From IMG/VR virus record IMGVR_UViG_3300037529_000001, positions 1-59,401 of that record: DNA of 59,401 nucleotides, one strand, 5' to 3'. Within the stretch, counting starts at the first letter, position 1. Each line of letters begins with the position of its first letter. Below, piece by piece: positions 9,244 to 17,977 of this stretch. The DNA comes from a virus. Taxonomy: Duplodnaviria; Caudoviricetes. Both the position numbers and the translations under genes were made by a program. Below the pieces are notes generated by a model. It made no database searches. It saw only the letters and a list, made by a program, of their open reading frames with translations, and was not told the origin of the DNA.

Positions 9244-9771
9244 ATGATAGAGATAACGGATGTTGATCTTCCCCATGATCTCGTGCTTAAGGCAATTTCA
9301 CATGCTCGTGCAATTGCTATAAAGAACAGAAATACACACACTAATAATGTAATTCGTTGCGTCACAGGCAATGAGACAGTTATTAAAGCGCATATGGGTA
9401 ATGCGTCAGTGGTGAACGCAGAAACGATGCTTGGATGTTGTTTCTTCAAAGGATACACCAGAGGCATTTATCTTCGCCCTGGTGAGAGTAAACATAGTAC
9501 AGTGAAGACATATTGTCATGAACTGGCACATGCGTTTACTAATCCTGCTGTTCATCATGGCTATTCATGGCGTAGTCTCTATTTTCTATTTTGGGCTACT
9601 ATTCCACGAATGTTCGATATCTATGAGACAGAAACTGATTTCTATGATGAAGTTGTGGACACTCTTTATCGCTATGAGATTCGTGGTTTCACACAATATT
9701 CGCGTCATCTCAAAGCAATGATGAGGATGCGGGCATGGTACGTGGCGTTGGTAGAAAGTCAAAATTCATAG
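9244..9771 (+). CDS. HExxH zinc metalloprotease-like protein (SprT-like)
   Basis: CHELAH..HHGYSW; start moved to ATG9244 after AAGGA. Confidence 0.55.
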   Translation: MIEITDVDLPHDLVLKAISHARAIAIKNRNTHTNNVIRCVTGNETVIKAHMGNASVVNAETMLGCCFFKGYTRGIYLRPGESKHSTVKTYCHELAHAFTNPAVHHGYSWRSLYFLFWATIPRMFDIYETETDFYDEVVDTLYRYEIRGFTQYSRHLKAMMRMRAWYVALVESQNS

Positions 9772-9773
9772 TG

Positions 9774-10118
9774 ATGAGTGAAAACGATACTAAGTGGATG
9801 AAGCATGCATTGTGTGTTGGTGTTGAGCCTGAAGATTTCTTTCCACCAAATGTGGAAGATAAACGTCGTCCAATTCAAGTAACGCAATACATTGAAAAGG
9901 TTTGCGGTCTTTGCCCTGTTGCATCTAATTGTCTTGATTTTGCTATTCTTCATGAAATGCAAGGCATATGGGGCGGTACCACTGACTACACACGCGCTCA
10001 ACTCACAAAAAAGACAAATAAGCTTAAATGCCCTGGTTGCAGTGGATCTTCACTGTTCACAGAATACACAGGTGATGTTATTTGCAATTCCTGTGGATTG
10101 TCATGGAAGTCGCTCTAA
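9774..10118 (+). CDS. whiB: WhiB-family transcription factor with C-terminal Zn ribbon
   Basis: W...ALC..FFP..CGLCPV...CL..A..GIWGGTT; extra CPGC..CNSC. Confidence 0.9.
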   Translation: MSENDTKWMKHALCVGVEPEDFFPPNVEDKRRPIQVTQYIEKVCGLCPVASNCLDFAILHEMQGIWGGTTDYTRAQLTKKTNKLKCPGCSGSSLFTEYTGDVICNSCGLSWKSL

Positions 10119-10140
10119 AATCACGTCTCTGAGTTCATCG

Positions 10141-10200
10141 TAGAGGGGCTATCTGAGAACCTTGGTAGTTCGTATACCAAGGTTTTAGATAGCCCCTTTA
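10141..10200. terminator. long inverted repeat between converging operons
   Basis: AGGGGCTATCT-GAGAA-CCTTGGTA...TACCAAGG-TTTT-AGATAGCCCCT. Confidence 0.7.
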
Positions 10201-10226
10201 ATGGCATCTGAAAGTGTTTATCGACT

Positions 10227-11276
10227 TCAGGGATGCGTATTGATTGCTTCCATCCATGCATCGACCCAGAGGTGAGCACGTTTCTCATATGTGAACATTT
10301 CAGCAGTTTTCTTCACTGCCTCTGATTGTTCTTTATAAAATGATTCATCAGACATAAGACGTCGAATCTTTGAAACCCATTCGGATGGCTTCTTAGCAAG
10401 CAATCCACCGCCATATCTCTGTAGTCGAGTGTATTCATGGCGTGGTGATGCAACCCAAGGAATGCCAAGTGCTGAATATTCAAGTGGCTTAAGCCAACTC
10501 TTAGCCTTATTAAATTTAGTGTCAGCAAGAGGAGCAATTCCAACCTTAAGCTGATTCACTTCATTAGGCCATTGAGCCATTGGAACGACACCAGTATCTT
10601 CAACTTCATTAGGAAGTCGAAGCTTTTGTGCTACACCTTTTCCAGAACTAATCACCTTAAATGAAAAGCCTGATCGAGTGAGTTGTTCCACAGATGAGCC
10701 GAGAACGTCCAGATCATCTGGATGAGAATGCAAAGATCCAGCCCAACCAAAATGTGTACGTTCTGGAACAGGCAAGTCTAGAAAGCGTTGTGGTACACAA
10801 TTATAAAGAACTCGACCACGACCATGCGGTGCATACGATTGCATCAATGCATCAGTGGATGTTGTGACCATTGATGCATTCATGCATGCAATTTGCGCAT
10901 AACGCCAATTATGACCTGTGTTATCATTTTGTGGATGCATTGCATGAAATGCAGGATTTGCCGGATGAATACATGAAAGATCATCATCCATATCAACAAT
11001 AACTGGAACACCTTCATCTTCACGAAGTAGTTTCACTGCTTGATGAAGAATCTTGTGCGTTGGTCGTTGCAACACAATTGCTGATGCATCTGATGGATAA
11101 TTTACTTTAATGAGTTTATCACCGCGTACTTGACCGGACAGAGAGGTCTCCGGATTCCTCTCAGATGGATGAATAATCTTGACGTCTATTCCAAGCTTCT
11201 GAGCAATTTGCGCAGGCCAGATGATGCGATAGTGGCCACAACCAGAGACATCAGCCGGATAGACATAGATCGTCAT
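10227..11276 (-). CDS. GT-B (GT4-like) glycosyltransferase
   Basis: GCGHYRI, DMDDD, GWAGS..H..D, GIAPL...FN.AKS.LK.LEY.A.GIP. Confidence 0.85.
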   Translation of the reverse strand: MTIYVYPADVSGCGHYRIIWPAQIAQKLGIDVKIIHPSERNPETSLSGQVRGDKLIKVNYPSDASAIVLQRPTHKILHQAVKLLREDEGVPVIVDMDDDLSCIHPANPAFHAMHPQNDNTGHNWRYAQIACMNASMVTTSTDALMQSYAPHGRGRVLYNCVPQRFLDLPVPERTHFGWAGSLHSHPDDLDVLGSSVEQLTRSGFSFKVISSGKGVAQKLRLPNEVEDTGVVPMAQWPNEVNQLKVGIAPLADTKFNKAKSWLKPLEYSALGIPWVASPRHEYTRLQRYGGGLLAKKPSEWVSKIRRLMSDESFYKEQSEAVKKTAEMFTYEKRAHLWVDAWMEAINTHP

Positions 11277-12286
11277 AGCCACTCCGGATGCTTGAGAGTC
11301 CACTGCACAGTATTATGAACCGTTTCTTCAAACGAATACGGTGGAGTCCAACCATACAAACTCAACATACGTGTTCCATCAAGACCATATTTCAGATCAT
11401 GTCCGGGACGACTTGAGTGAAAATCATCCAATCCATATCTAAGTTCTTTACCCATATGATCAGCAATCATTTGAGCAAGTTCAAGATTATTAATTTCACG
11501 TTCACCGACAATATTAAAACGCATTGGTTCATTATTATATGGATAACGTGCAGTGCAATTGTATTGCATAATCGTAAGCCATGCATCAGCAAAATTACGC
11601 GCATGAATATAAAAGCGTGATCCAATGATATTTGTTCTAGTGTCAGCATGGACAATTACAATTTCATCGCGTTGAATTGCACGCATTACTTTTGCGAAAT
11701 ACTTTTCACTATCCTGCATCTCACCGAACAAGTTCATTGTGTTCGTGATGATCAATGGCACATCATATGTGCGCCAATATGAAATGGCAATAGCTTCTTG
11801 CGCAGCTTTACTTGCTGAATACGGGTTACTTGGAAGAATTGCGTCCCATTCCCTAGCCGGGAATTTAAGCATTGGCCCGTATATTTCATCTGTGCTCATT
11901 TGCAAGAACATCTTTAGATTAGGTAGTGTTCTTGCATATTCAAGCAAAGACAGCATTAGGTTCACATTATTTTGCACAAATGGAACAGGTGTCGCAATGC
12001 TGCGATCAACATGACTATCACTTGCAATGTTAAGAATATACTTAATGTCACCAAATTGTGCTGCTGTGACATTATCAATAGGTGTTGATAGATCGTGAAG
12101 AATAACATCAACACGATTAATCCACTCAGGATGATCATTAAATGCAGATGAAATACGCGCTGATTTACCGCGATTTCTAAATGTTACAGGACACACAATG
12201 TGAAAATCAGTATTCACAAGCAAATGACGTAGCATATGTGAACCGACAAAACCACCGGCTCCTGTGAGTAGGACTCTATCTACCAT
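11273..12286 (-). CDS. rmlB: dTDP-glucose 4,6-dehydratase-like SDR
   Basis: TGAGGFVGSH, ASDSHVDRSI, STDEIYG, PSNPYSASKAA, RPGHDLKY. Confidence 0.9.
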   Translation of the reverse strand: MVDRVLLTGAGGFVGSHMLRHLLVNTDFHIVCPVTFRNRGKSARISSAFNDHPEWINRVDVILHDLSTPIDNVTAAQFGDIKYILNIASDSHVDRSIATPVPFVQNNVNLMLSLLEYARTLPNLKMFLQMSTDEIYGPMLKFPAREWDAILPSNPYSASKAAQEAIAISYWRTYDVPLIITNTMNLFGEMQDSEKYFAKVMRAIQRDEIVIVHADTRTNIIGSRFYIHARNFADAWLTIMQYNCTARYPYNNEPMRFNIVGEREINNLELAQMIADHMGKELRYGLDDFHSSRPGHDLKYGLDGTRMLSLYGWTPPYSFEETVHNTVQWTLKHPEWL

Positions 12287-12855
12287 CTGTCACTCCTTCC
12301 TGAGGTGTTTCCACCGCAGTTATGCCAAATCCATGTGTTCTGTACCAAATGATATATCTTAGCACCAAGATCACGTATACCCAAAGCTAGACGTCGATCT
12401 TCACCAGTGCCGTGCGGATAATCTCTTAGTGTGTCAAATCCAACTTCCTGAGCAAGTTCAGTTCGCACTAGAACTGTGATTGTGGTTTCCACAGGATCAT
12501 CTGGATTCCAAGGCTTATCACGATTCAAAGGAAATGGATCAAATCCGCATGGTGAATCGAACCATGAATACACAAAGTCAGCTTCTTGTTCTTTTGCAGC
12601 ATTCATGAGTGCATATAGGTGATGCGAATGAAATTCATCATCATCATCAAGAAATGCAACCCAAGGCGTTGTCACACCATCAAGTGCACGTTGACGTGTG
12701 GCAGGTGCACCTTCTTTATTCACATCATATGAAATGTGAACTGCTTTAGGTCTTAGTGATTGACGCTCAATACTTGCAATAGCACGAGGTAGTGTTGTGC
12801 TAAATCGTGGAGGAATAGATGCCATTGCAATTGAAATATCATCAAAACTTACCAT
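12280..12855 (-). CDS. GT-A (GT2) glycosyltransferase
   Basis: RAIASI, WVAFLDDDDE, GED. Confidence 0.85.
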   Translation of the reverse strand: MVSFDDISIAMASIPPRFSTTLPRAIASIERQSLRPKAVHISYDVNKEGAPATRQRALDGVTTPWVAFLDDDDEFHSHHLYALMNAAKEQEADFVYSWFDSPCGFDPFPLNRDKPWNPDDPVETTITVLVRTELAQEVGFDTLRDYPHGTGEDRRLALGIRDLGAKIYHLVQNTWIWHNCGGNTSGRSDRW

Positions 12856-13628
12856 TTAGGTTCCCATAGTAGACTTCTATGAAAAATTGTTCCATTTCCA
12901 CCAGTTACACGATGTTTTGTGACAATATTATATTGTGCATTAGGTACAAGTCCTGTCACGTATCTAAACGTAGCGGCACCATCTTCAAGTCCAGGTGCAG
13001 CCAAACTATTTGTTACAAGCGCATAGTCAGTACTTGCAGCTTGGACAACAGCGCCTGCATCAATAGTACTTCCTTCTTTAAGTTCAGCACTGACATAAAT
13101 CGTATTAGTGGTATTAATGCGATAACCACTATGCCATGTGTACTTGCCGCTCCCAGATGGTGGGGCTGTAAAAGCAAAACCGCATACCGCAGCACCTGCA
13201 GTAAAAACTGTGTCAGTGAATGCAGTTATGTTTGTACCATTTTCATTAAATACCCAACTCATTGTTGGATCATTAACTTGAATCAAACCATTAAGTGTTA
13301 GAAATCCATTAACAGTAAGATTATTAAAAACCCACGGAGGTGAATCAGAATTAACATCAAAACGCCCAATGATGTATGCTCCAGATGGTGGAACAAACAA
13401 CACAAACACTCGTGTTGATCCTGGAATGATTCCAATAAGACTACTTGCTGCGATGGATTTCACATCACCATCAAGTATAACTTGTGTGCTAAAAATACTT
13501 TGAGTTGTGTTTACATCACCGGCTGTGGTAGCCTGATGAAGACTCCATGTAATTCCTTGACGTTTAGCTTCATCTACAAATGTTTGAAGACCAAGAGCAA
13601 TATATTCAGGATCATTTGAACTAAGCAT
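12849..13628 (-). CDS. minor tail protein
   Basis: End of tail module; beta-rich; N-terminal RVFVLFVPPSG OB-like segment. Confidence 0.6.
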   Translation of the reverse strand: MLSSNDPEYIALGLQTFVDEAKRQGITWSLHQATTAGDVNTTQSIFSTQVILDGDVKSIAASSLIGIIPGSTRVFVLFVPPSGAYIIGRFDVNSDSPPWVFNNLTVNGFLTLNGLIQVNDPTMSWVFNENGTNITAFTDTVFTAGAAVCGFAFTAPPSGSGKYTWHSGYRINTTNTIYVSAELKEGSTIDAGAVVQAASTDYALVTNSLAAPGLEDGAATFRYVTGLVPNAQYNIVTKHRVTGGNGTIFHRSLLWEPKW

Positions 13629-14736
13629 ATGCCTTCCTCATTGTGTGAGTCATATCTCCACCTTCAATGAGCTGCATTCCCCAACTAAGTTCAAGCCACT
13701 TCTCATTATCCCACTTAATTACATTATAGCTGTCAAATCGAGGATCAGGCGCAGTTGTGAGTGTCACACGTTCAAAAACTGTTTCTCTAAGTCCAATGTT
13801 TTGTGCAACAGTGTCAGCACCACCTTGTGATGTAACTTGCATATTTCTGACATCTGGAAGCACAAAACCACGATTCACAATTGAATGTGGTGCAGATGAA
13901 GGTATATCATATGTACCAACAAGTACTGAATTATTAGCTTTATTATTTATAACAATGATACGATTAGGTGCAATTAGAAGATCATCACTCTCCGCAATTG
14001 TGGAGTATTTAACAACATTGCTTGCATCAAAGTCAAAATCCGATGTGCGATCAATCGGATCAAAAGCAAGAATGATTCGAAATGTTCCATTATTATCGAT
14101 CCATGGTGAGAAATAACCTGCTTGAATGCAAAGATCTTCAACCACTTTCAGACGTGAAGTACCAAGTGACCATGAACCAATGACATTTGTATTATTGTCT
14201 TCGAAATTCATTGGTATGTTAACATCAGCAAGAAGTTCTGCCAATACTTGATTTACAGGTTGACCAATATCTATTTCAGTATTAAGGAATTCACTTGTTG
14301 ATGTTTGTCCAGCCATGAACGATTCTTCCATTGGTTGGTCAATGATAAATGATTCATCAACCAATGATGTTGACGATAGTTTACCTGAAGTAAACTTTTG
14401 TCTTGTAACATCACTGAACATATATCGTCCTAGTGGATATTCAGTGCCATCACTAAACACCATATATGGAAGAATACGATCAGTGATTGCATTGATTGAT
14501 GCGGTATCATCTTTACCAAAATCCATGGTAAGAGTGCGTTTAATCGTACGCGTAGTGTCATGATCAAGCTGCGGCACCGTATCTCTCAATGGATACACTT
14601 GACCAAGATGCTGACCAGTCACGCCATTCACAAGATCAAATCTGAACGTGGATGATCGTTGGCCAATATAATCGCTAAGATCAAGCTGTGGATTCTTTTC
14701 ATTTGTGATAAATGCTTGCGCAAATTTAGATGTCAT
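13621..14736 (-). CDS. minor tail protein (hub-like)
   Basis: Position after the large tail protein; YPLGRYMF, PWIDNNG. Confidence 0.65.
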   Translation of the reverse strand: MTSKFAQAFITNEKNPQLDLSDYIGQRSSTFRFDLVNGVTGQHLGQVYPLRDTVPQLDHDTTRTIKRTLTMDFGKDDTASINAITDRILPYMVFSDGTEYPLGRYMFSDVTRQKFTSGKLSSTSLVDESFIIDQPMEESFMAGQTSTSEFLNTEIDIGQPVNQVLAELLADVNIPMNFEDNNTNVIGSWSLGTSRLKVVEDLCIQAGYFSPWIDNNGTFRIILAFDPIDRTSDFDFDASNVVKYSTIAESDDLLIAPNRIIVINNKANNSVLVGTYDIPSSAPHSIVNRGFVLPDVRNMQVTSQGGADTVAQNIGLRETVFERVTLTTAPDPRFDSYNVIKWDNEKWLELSWGMQLIEGGDMTHTMRKAYA

Positions 14737-14740
14737 ACCA

Positions 14741-17700
14741 TCACGTCACAATGTATGGTGTTCGTGTAACTTCAGTGATTTGGGCTTGTACCATCTGAAG
14801 CTTACGTCTACGTGATACTGATCCAGATGGAATCATAACATTTGCAAACCATCGATCACCATCCTCTGTTCTTACACATACATATGGTAGATCAGCCCAT
14901 GCAAGATCACGAATATCAATGGCATGATTTTCAAGAATTGGTTTTGGTACTGCAGCAGCTTGGATAAGAAGTGTTCTTGAGAATTGTTCACCACCACGTT
15001 CGAGTGGTCTAAATGCTGTAAAGAAATCTTTACCATACATTCTCTGAAGTGTTTGCGTGTCACTTTCAGGAAATGTAAATGCTTCATCCACAGTATCAGC
15101 CCATACAGGTGTATATGCCAGTGCAGCTGAACCATCTTGTGCAGCATTAGATGTAAAGATCAATACTCGAGGATCTTGTGATCCAATTTGAATACCGGGT
15201 GTTGCAATTGTGGATGATACTATACTTGTCCATGGGCCACAGAAATCCATAGAGTTACACACGCGCATACGGTAATCAGATCTGAATCCTACACGCGCTT
15301 CATAATCAGCAAATCCGGTTACTGCACGACTTTCCATCTGTGCAAGTGTTACCCATGTAGTGTCGACATCATCTTTTCGTTGAATCTCATAGTATCCAAA
15401 TTGAGAATCAGCAATACCTGTGACAGCGCCACTCCCTATAGGAAGCCACGTAAGCTGGTTGTATCCAATACCGGTTGGGATGCATTCAGGCGGTACGCCG
15501 CATTCTAGGCCGATTCCATCAACTGGAATGAAGGCCTCTGACGCCGAAAATCCAGTCACAACTGGTGTATCGCGTGAAAATAGAAGTACTGCATCAGTAC
15601 GTGAATCATCACGCTCAACATTAGTATCCCAGTGCGGTCTAAGCCATGTTGCACCATTTGATTGAACATACGTGGGATTAACAACATCAGGATATGGTTT
15701 TGCTTGATCGAGCAAATATGTTGCTTGCGCTGTCGCACCAAGAATTTGCCACTGATTGCTTACGCTAAGTCCAGGTGAACTCCATGTAAATGATTTTAGC
15801 GATCCAGATGATGTAAACGTCGGAGGCGTGCTAAATGTAAGATTTACTTCTTTCCAACCGTCAGTAATTTCAGGAAGTGCATTAAAATCAGCAACACTTA
15901 GTGTTACTTGCGTTGATGGGTTGCTATCATCAGTCAATATGAGTGGTTGATTTGTGTTACCAAATGTCCGTGCATAAAATCGCACATAAGGATATAGTTT
16001 TGACGAATCACTAAGATTTCTTACATCTTGTGTAACTTCAATGCTATCATAGACAGGAAGAGCGATTTGACTTCCGTAAGCATGCACGCCAGTGATAACA
16101 TCAGGAACAGCAACAGATGCATTATCATACTGAAAAATAATAGGCTTTGTGTTAGTGTTACCGTTTGCCACGCCCGATCTGAAACCGATACGGCTCACAA
16201 CATCGCGAACAAACGTGTAATCAGTGACAATAAGTTGCCACCACGGAGGCTCATTTACAGCGCCCGTGTCCCATATTTTCATTCCAAACCATTGGTTTTG
16301 TGCTCGAATGCGAATTGCCCAATAGTTATTTGCTGTCCATGTTCCTGGTGGAAATACATTGTTTGCTACACGTGCAACTGTGCCACCAACATCTTTAAGA
16401 ATCTGTAGGTGGATACTTTCATCCAGATCAATTGTCACTCTAAAGATAAGTGAATTCAAAAGAACTGAATCATAATGGACTGTGATATTGCCAGGTTCAA
16501 TTGCACCACCCGTCACATCAGTGAATGTGTTTCTGAACCAAATGGTAGCATCATAATCGACCCAGCCAAATCCTTCAGGTGCCATCTGCGATTCACGATA
16601 GGCGAGTGCAACCGGAACAGAATGAATACCTTGTGTGCCGTCAACTGATGCGTCTGTTGGAAGAACAGATCCACCAGATCCACCGCAAACATAATTACTT
16701 ACACCATCTGATGCAGTACCCCAACAATTGGCCACAACTCTATTGAAGTTATCGGTGCCACGAACATAATTACCGAGCAATGTCAATTGTGGCATAAGAT
16801 TAGATGTATCACATGTATATGCATCACCAGGAGTTAGACTCTTTGTGACAACAACACCATTGAGATTTGTAAGTGGATACAATTGCCGTGCAGCAAAAAG
16901 TGTTGGAAATGCACCTTGGTTTGGTTCAAGACCATGATCCATCATAGTGACAGTGACGGTGTAATCTTGATTTGCGCTCAGTGATGCACCAAAAATACGA
17001 GTCTGTGGCGTGTACAATGGAACTTCATTAGAACCAGGAATGTAGCCCACTGTATTTGTTGCTAGGTTATTTACACGATAGTGTGACACACCACCAACAA
17101 GTACTCTATTTTCCTCACAATATGTGATTTCAAGTGCAATGTATCCACACGTCATTGCTCTTGGCGCTTGATATGGAACAGTTGTTGTGATTTGAAGATT
17201 TACCTCGCTTGCTGCACCATCAACAAATCGAAGAAGATCATCATCAGTCCATGGAAGCGCAACGAGATTATCTCTCACATTTGGATAGCTTGTGTTCCAA
17301 AATGTGTTGACTTCGCCCATATCGATATGTTGAAGTGTAATATTTGCTGTACGACTTTGATCGACATTGAATAGACGGGTGATATACGGTGCAGTAAGAG
17401 CAGTTCCTGCAGTGTTTGCTACAGCCACATTAAATGATGTAAATGCAACATCGTTATCAGTGAATGGTCCTGTGAATTGCGATACAAGTGAAACATTGAG
17501 AATACGCTTATTAAGAATCAAAGTGTCAACAGATGCAATGTCAAAGTTAAGCGTAATGACAACACTTGCTGGTGCACCAACACCCGACGTGTTATTGACA
17601 AAGAAATATGTATCGTCACCTGGGTTTTGGATAACACTGAGTAGTGATCCGCCAAACAAACCCAATGTACCATTCGGTGATGGATCAACAGTAATCACGC

Positions 17701-17977
17701 TGACAGGAACTGTGATCTTTTTAATTGGACCTGTTGCGCATTCTTGTCCTTTATTATACACAGTCATACCAGCGACTTGACCTTTGTGGTCAAAACCTGG
17801 CGTGGGGTTATCCACATAGTATCGACCATGCGTGACAAGCGTTGAACTCAGACCGGTGGGTACACGAAACGTATGTCCACGCTCACTTGCAAAATCAGGC
17901 GTGTAATTATCATTGACGATGGGAACCCATTCTTGGCCAATGACTGATGGTGCAGATGGATTGTAAATCTCAGCCAT
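14741..17977 (-). CDS. large minor tail protein (1078 aa)
   Basis: Directly after the tape measure; beta-rich, with DNFNR..WG and Fn3-like YEIQR..DYEA segments. Confidence 0.7.
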   Translation of the reverse strand: MAEIYNPSAPSVIGQEWVPIVNDNYTPDFASERGHTFRVPTGLSSTLVTHGRYYVDNPTPGFDHKGQVAGMTVYNKGQECATGPIKKITVPVSVITVDPSPNGTLGLFGGSLLSVIQNPGDDTYFFVNNTSGVGAPASVVITLNFDIASVDTLILNKRILNVSLVSQFTGPFTDNDVAFTSFNVAVANTAGTALTAPYITRLFNVDQSRTANITLQHIDMGEVNTFWNTSYPNVRDNLVALPWTDDDLLRFVDGAASEVNLQITTTVPYQAPRAMTCGYIALEITYCEENRVLVGGVSHYRVNNLATNTVGYIPGSNEVPLYTPQTRIFGASLSANQDYTVTVTMMDHGLEPNQGAFPTLFAARQLYPLTNLNGVVVTKSLTPGDAYTCDTSNLMPQLTLLGNYVRGTDNFNRVVANCWGTASDGVSNYVCGGSGGSVLPTDASVDGTQGIHSVPVALAYRESQMAPEGFGWVDYDATIWFRNTFTDVTGGAIEPGNITVHYDSVLLNSLIFRVTIDLDESIHLQILKDVGGTVARVANNVFPPGTWTANNYWAIRIRAQNQWFGMKIWDTGAVNEPPWWQLIVTDYTFVRDVVSRIGFRSGVANGNTNTKPIIFQYDNASVAVPDVITGVHAYGSQIALPVYDSIEVTQDVRNLSDSSKLYPYVRFYARTFGNTNQPLILTDDSNPSTQVTLSVADFNALPEITDGWKEVNLTFSTPPTFTSSGSLKSFTWSSPGLSVSNQWQILGATAQATYLLDQAKPYPDVVNPTYVQSNGATWLRPHWDTNVERDDSRTDAVLLFSRDTPVVTGFSASEAFIPVDGIGLECGVPPECIPTGIGYNQLTWLPIGSGAVTGIADSQFGYYEIQRKDDVDTTWVTLAQMESRAVTGFADYEARVGFRSDYRMRVCNSMDFCGPWTSIVSSTIATPGIQIGSQDPRVLIFTSNAAQDGSAALAYTPVWADTVDEAFTFPESDTQTLQRMYGKDFFTAFRPLERGGEQFSRTLLIQAAAVPKPILENHAIDIRDLAWADLPYVCVRTEDGDRWFANVMIPSGSVSRRRKLQMVQAQITEVTRTPYIVT

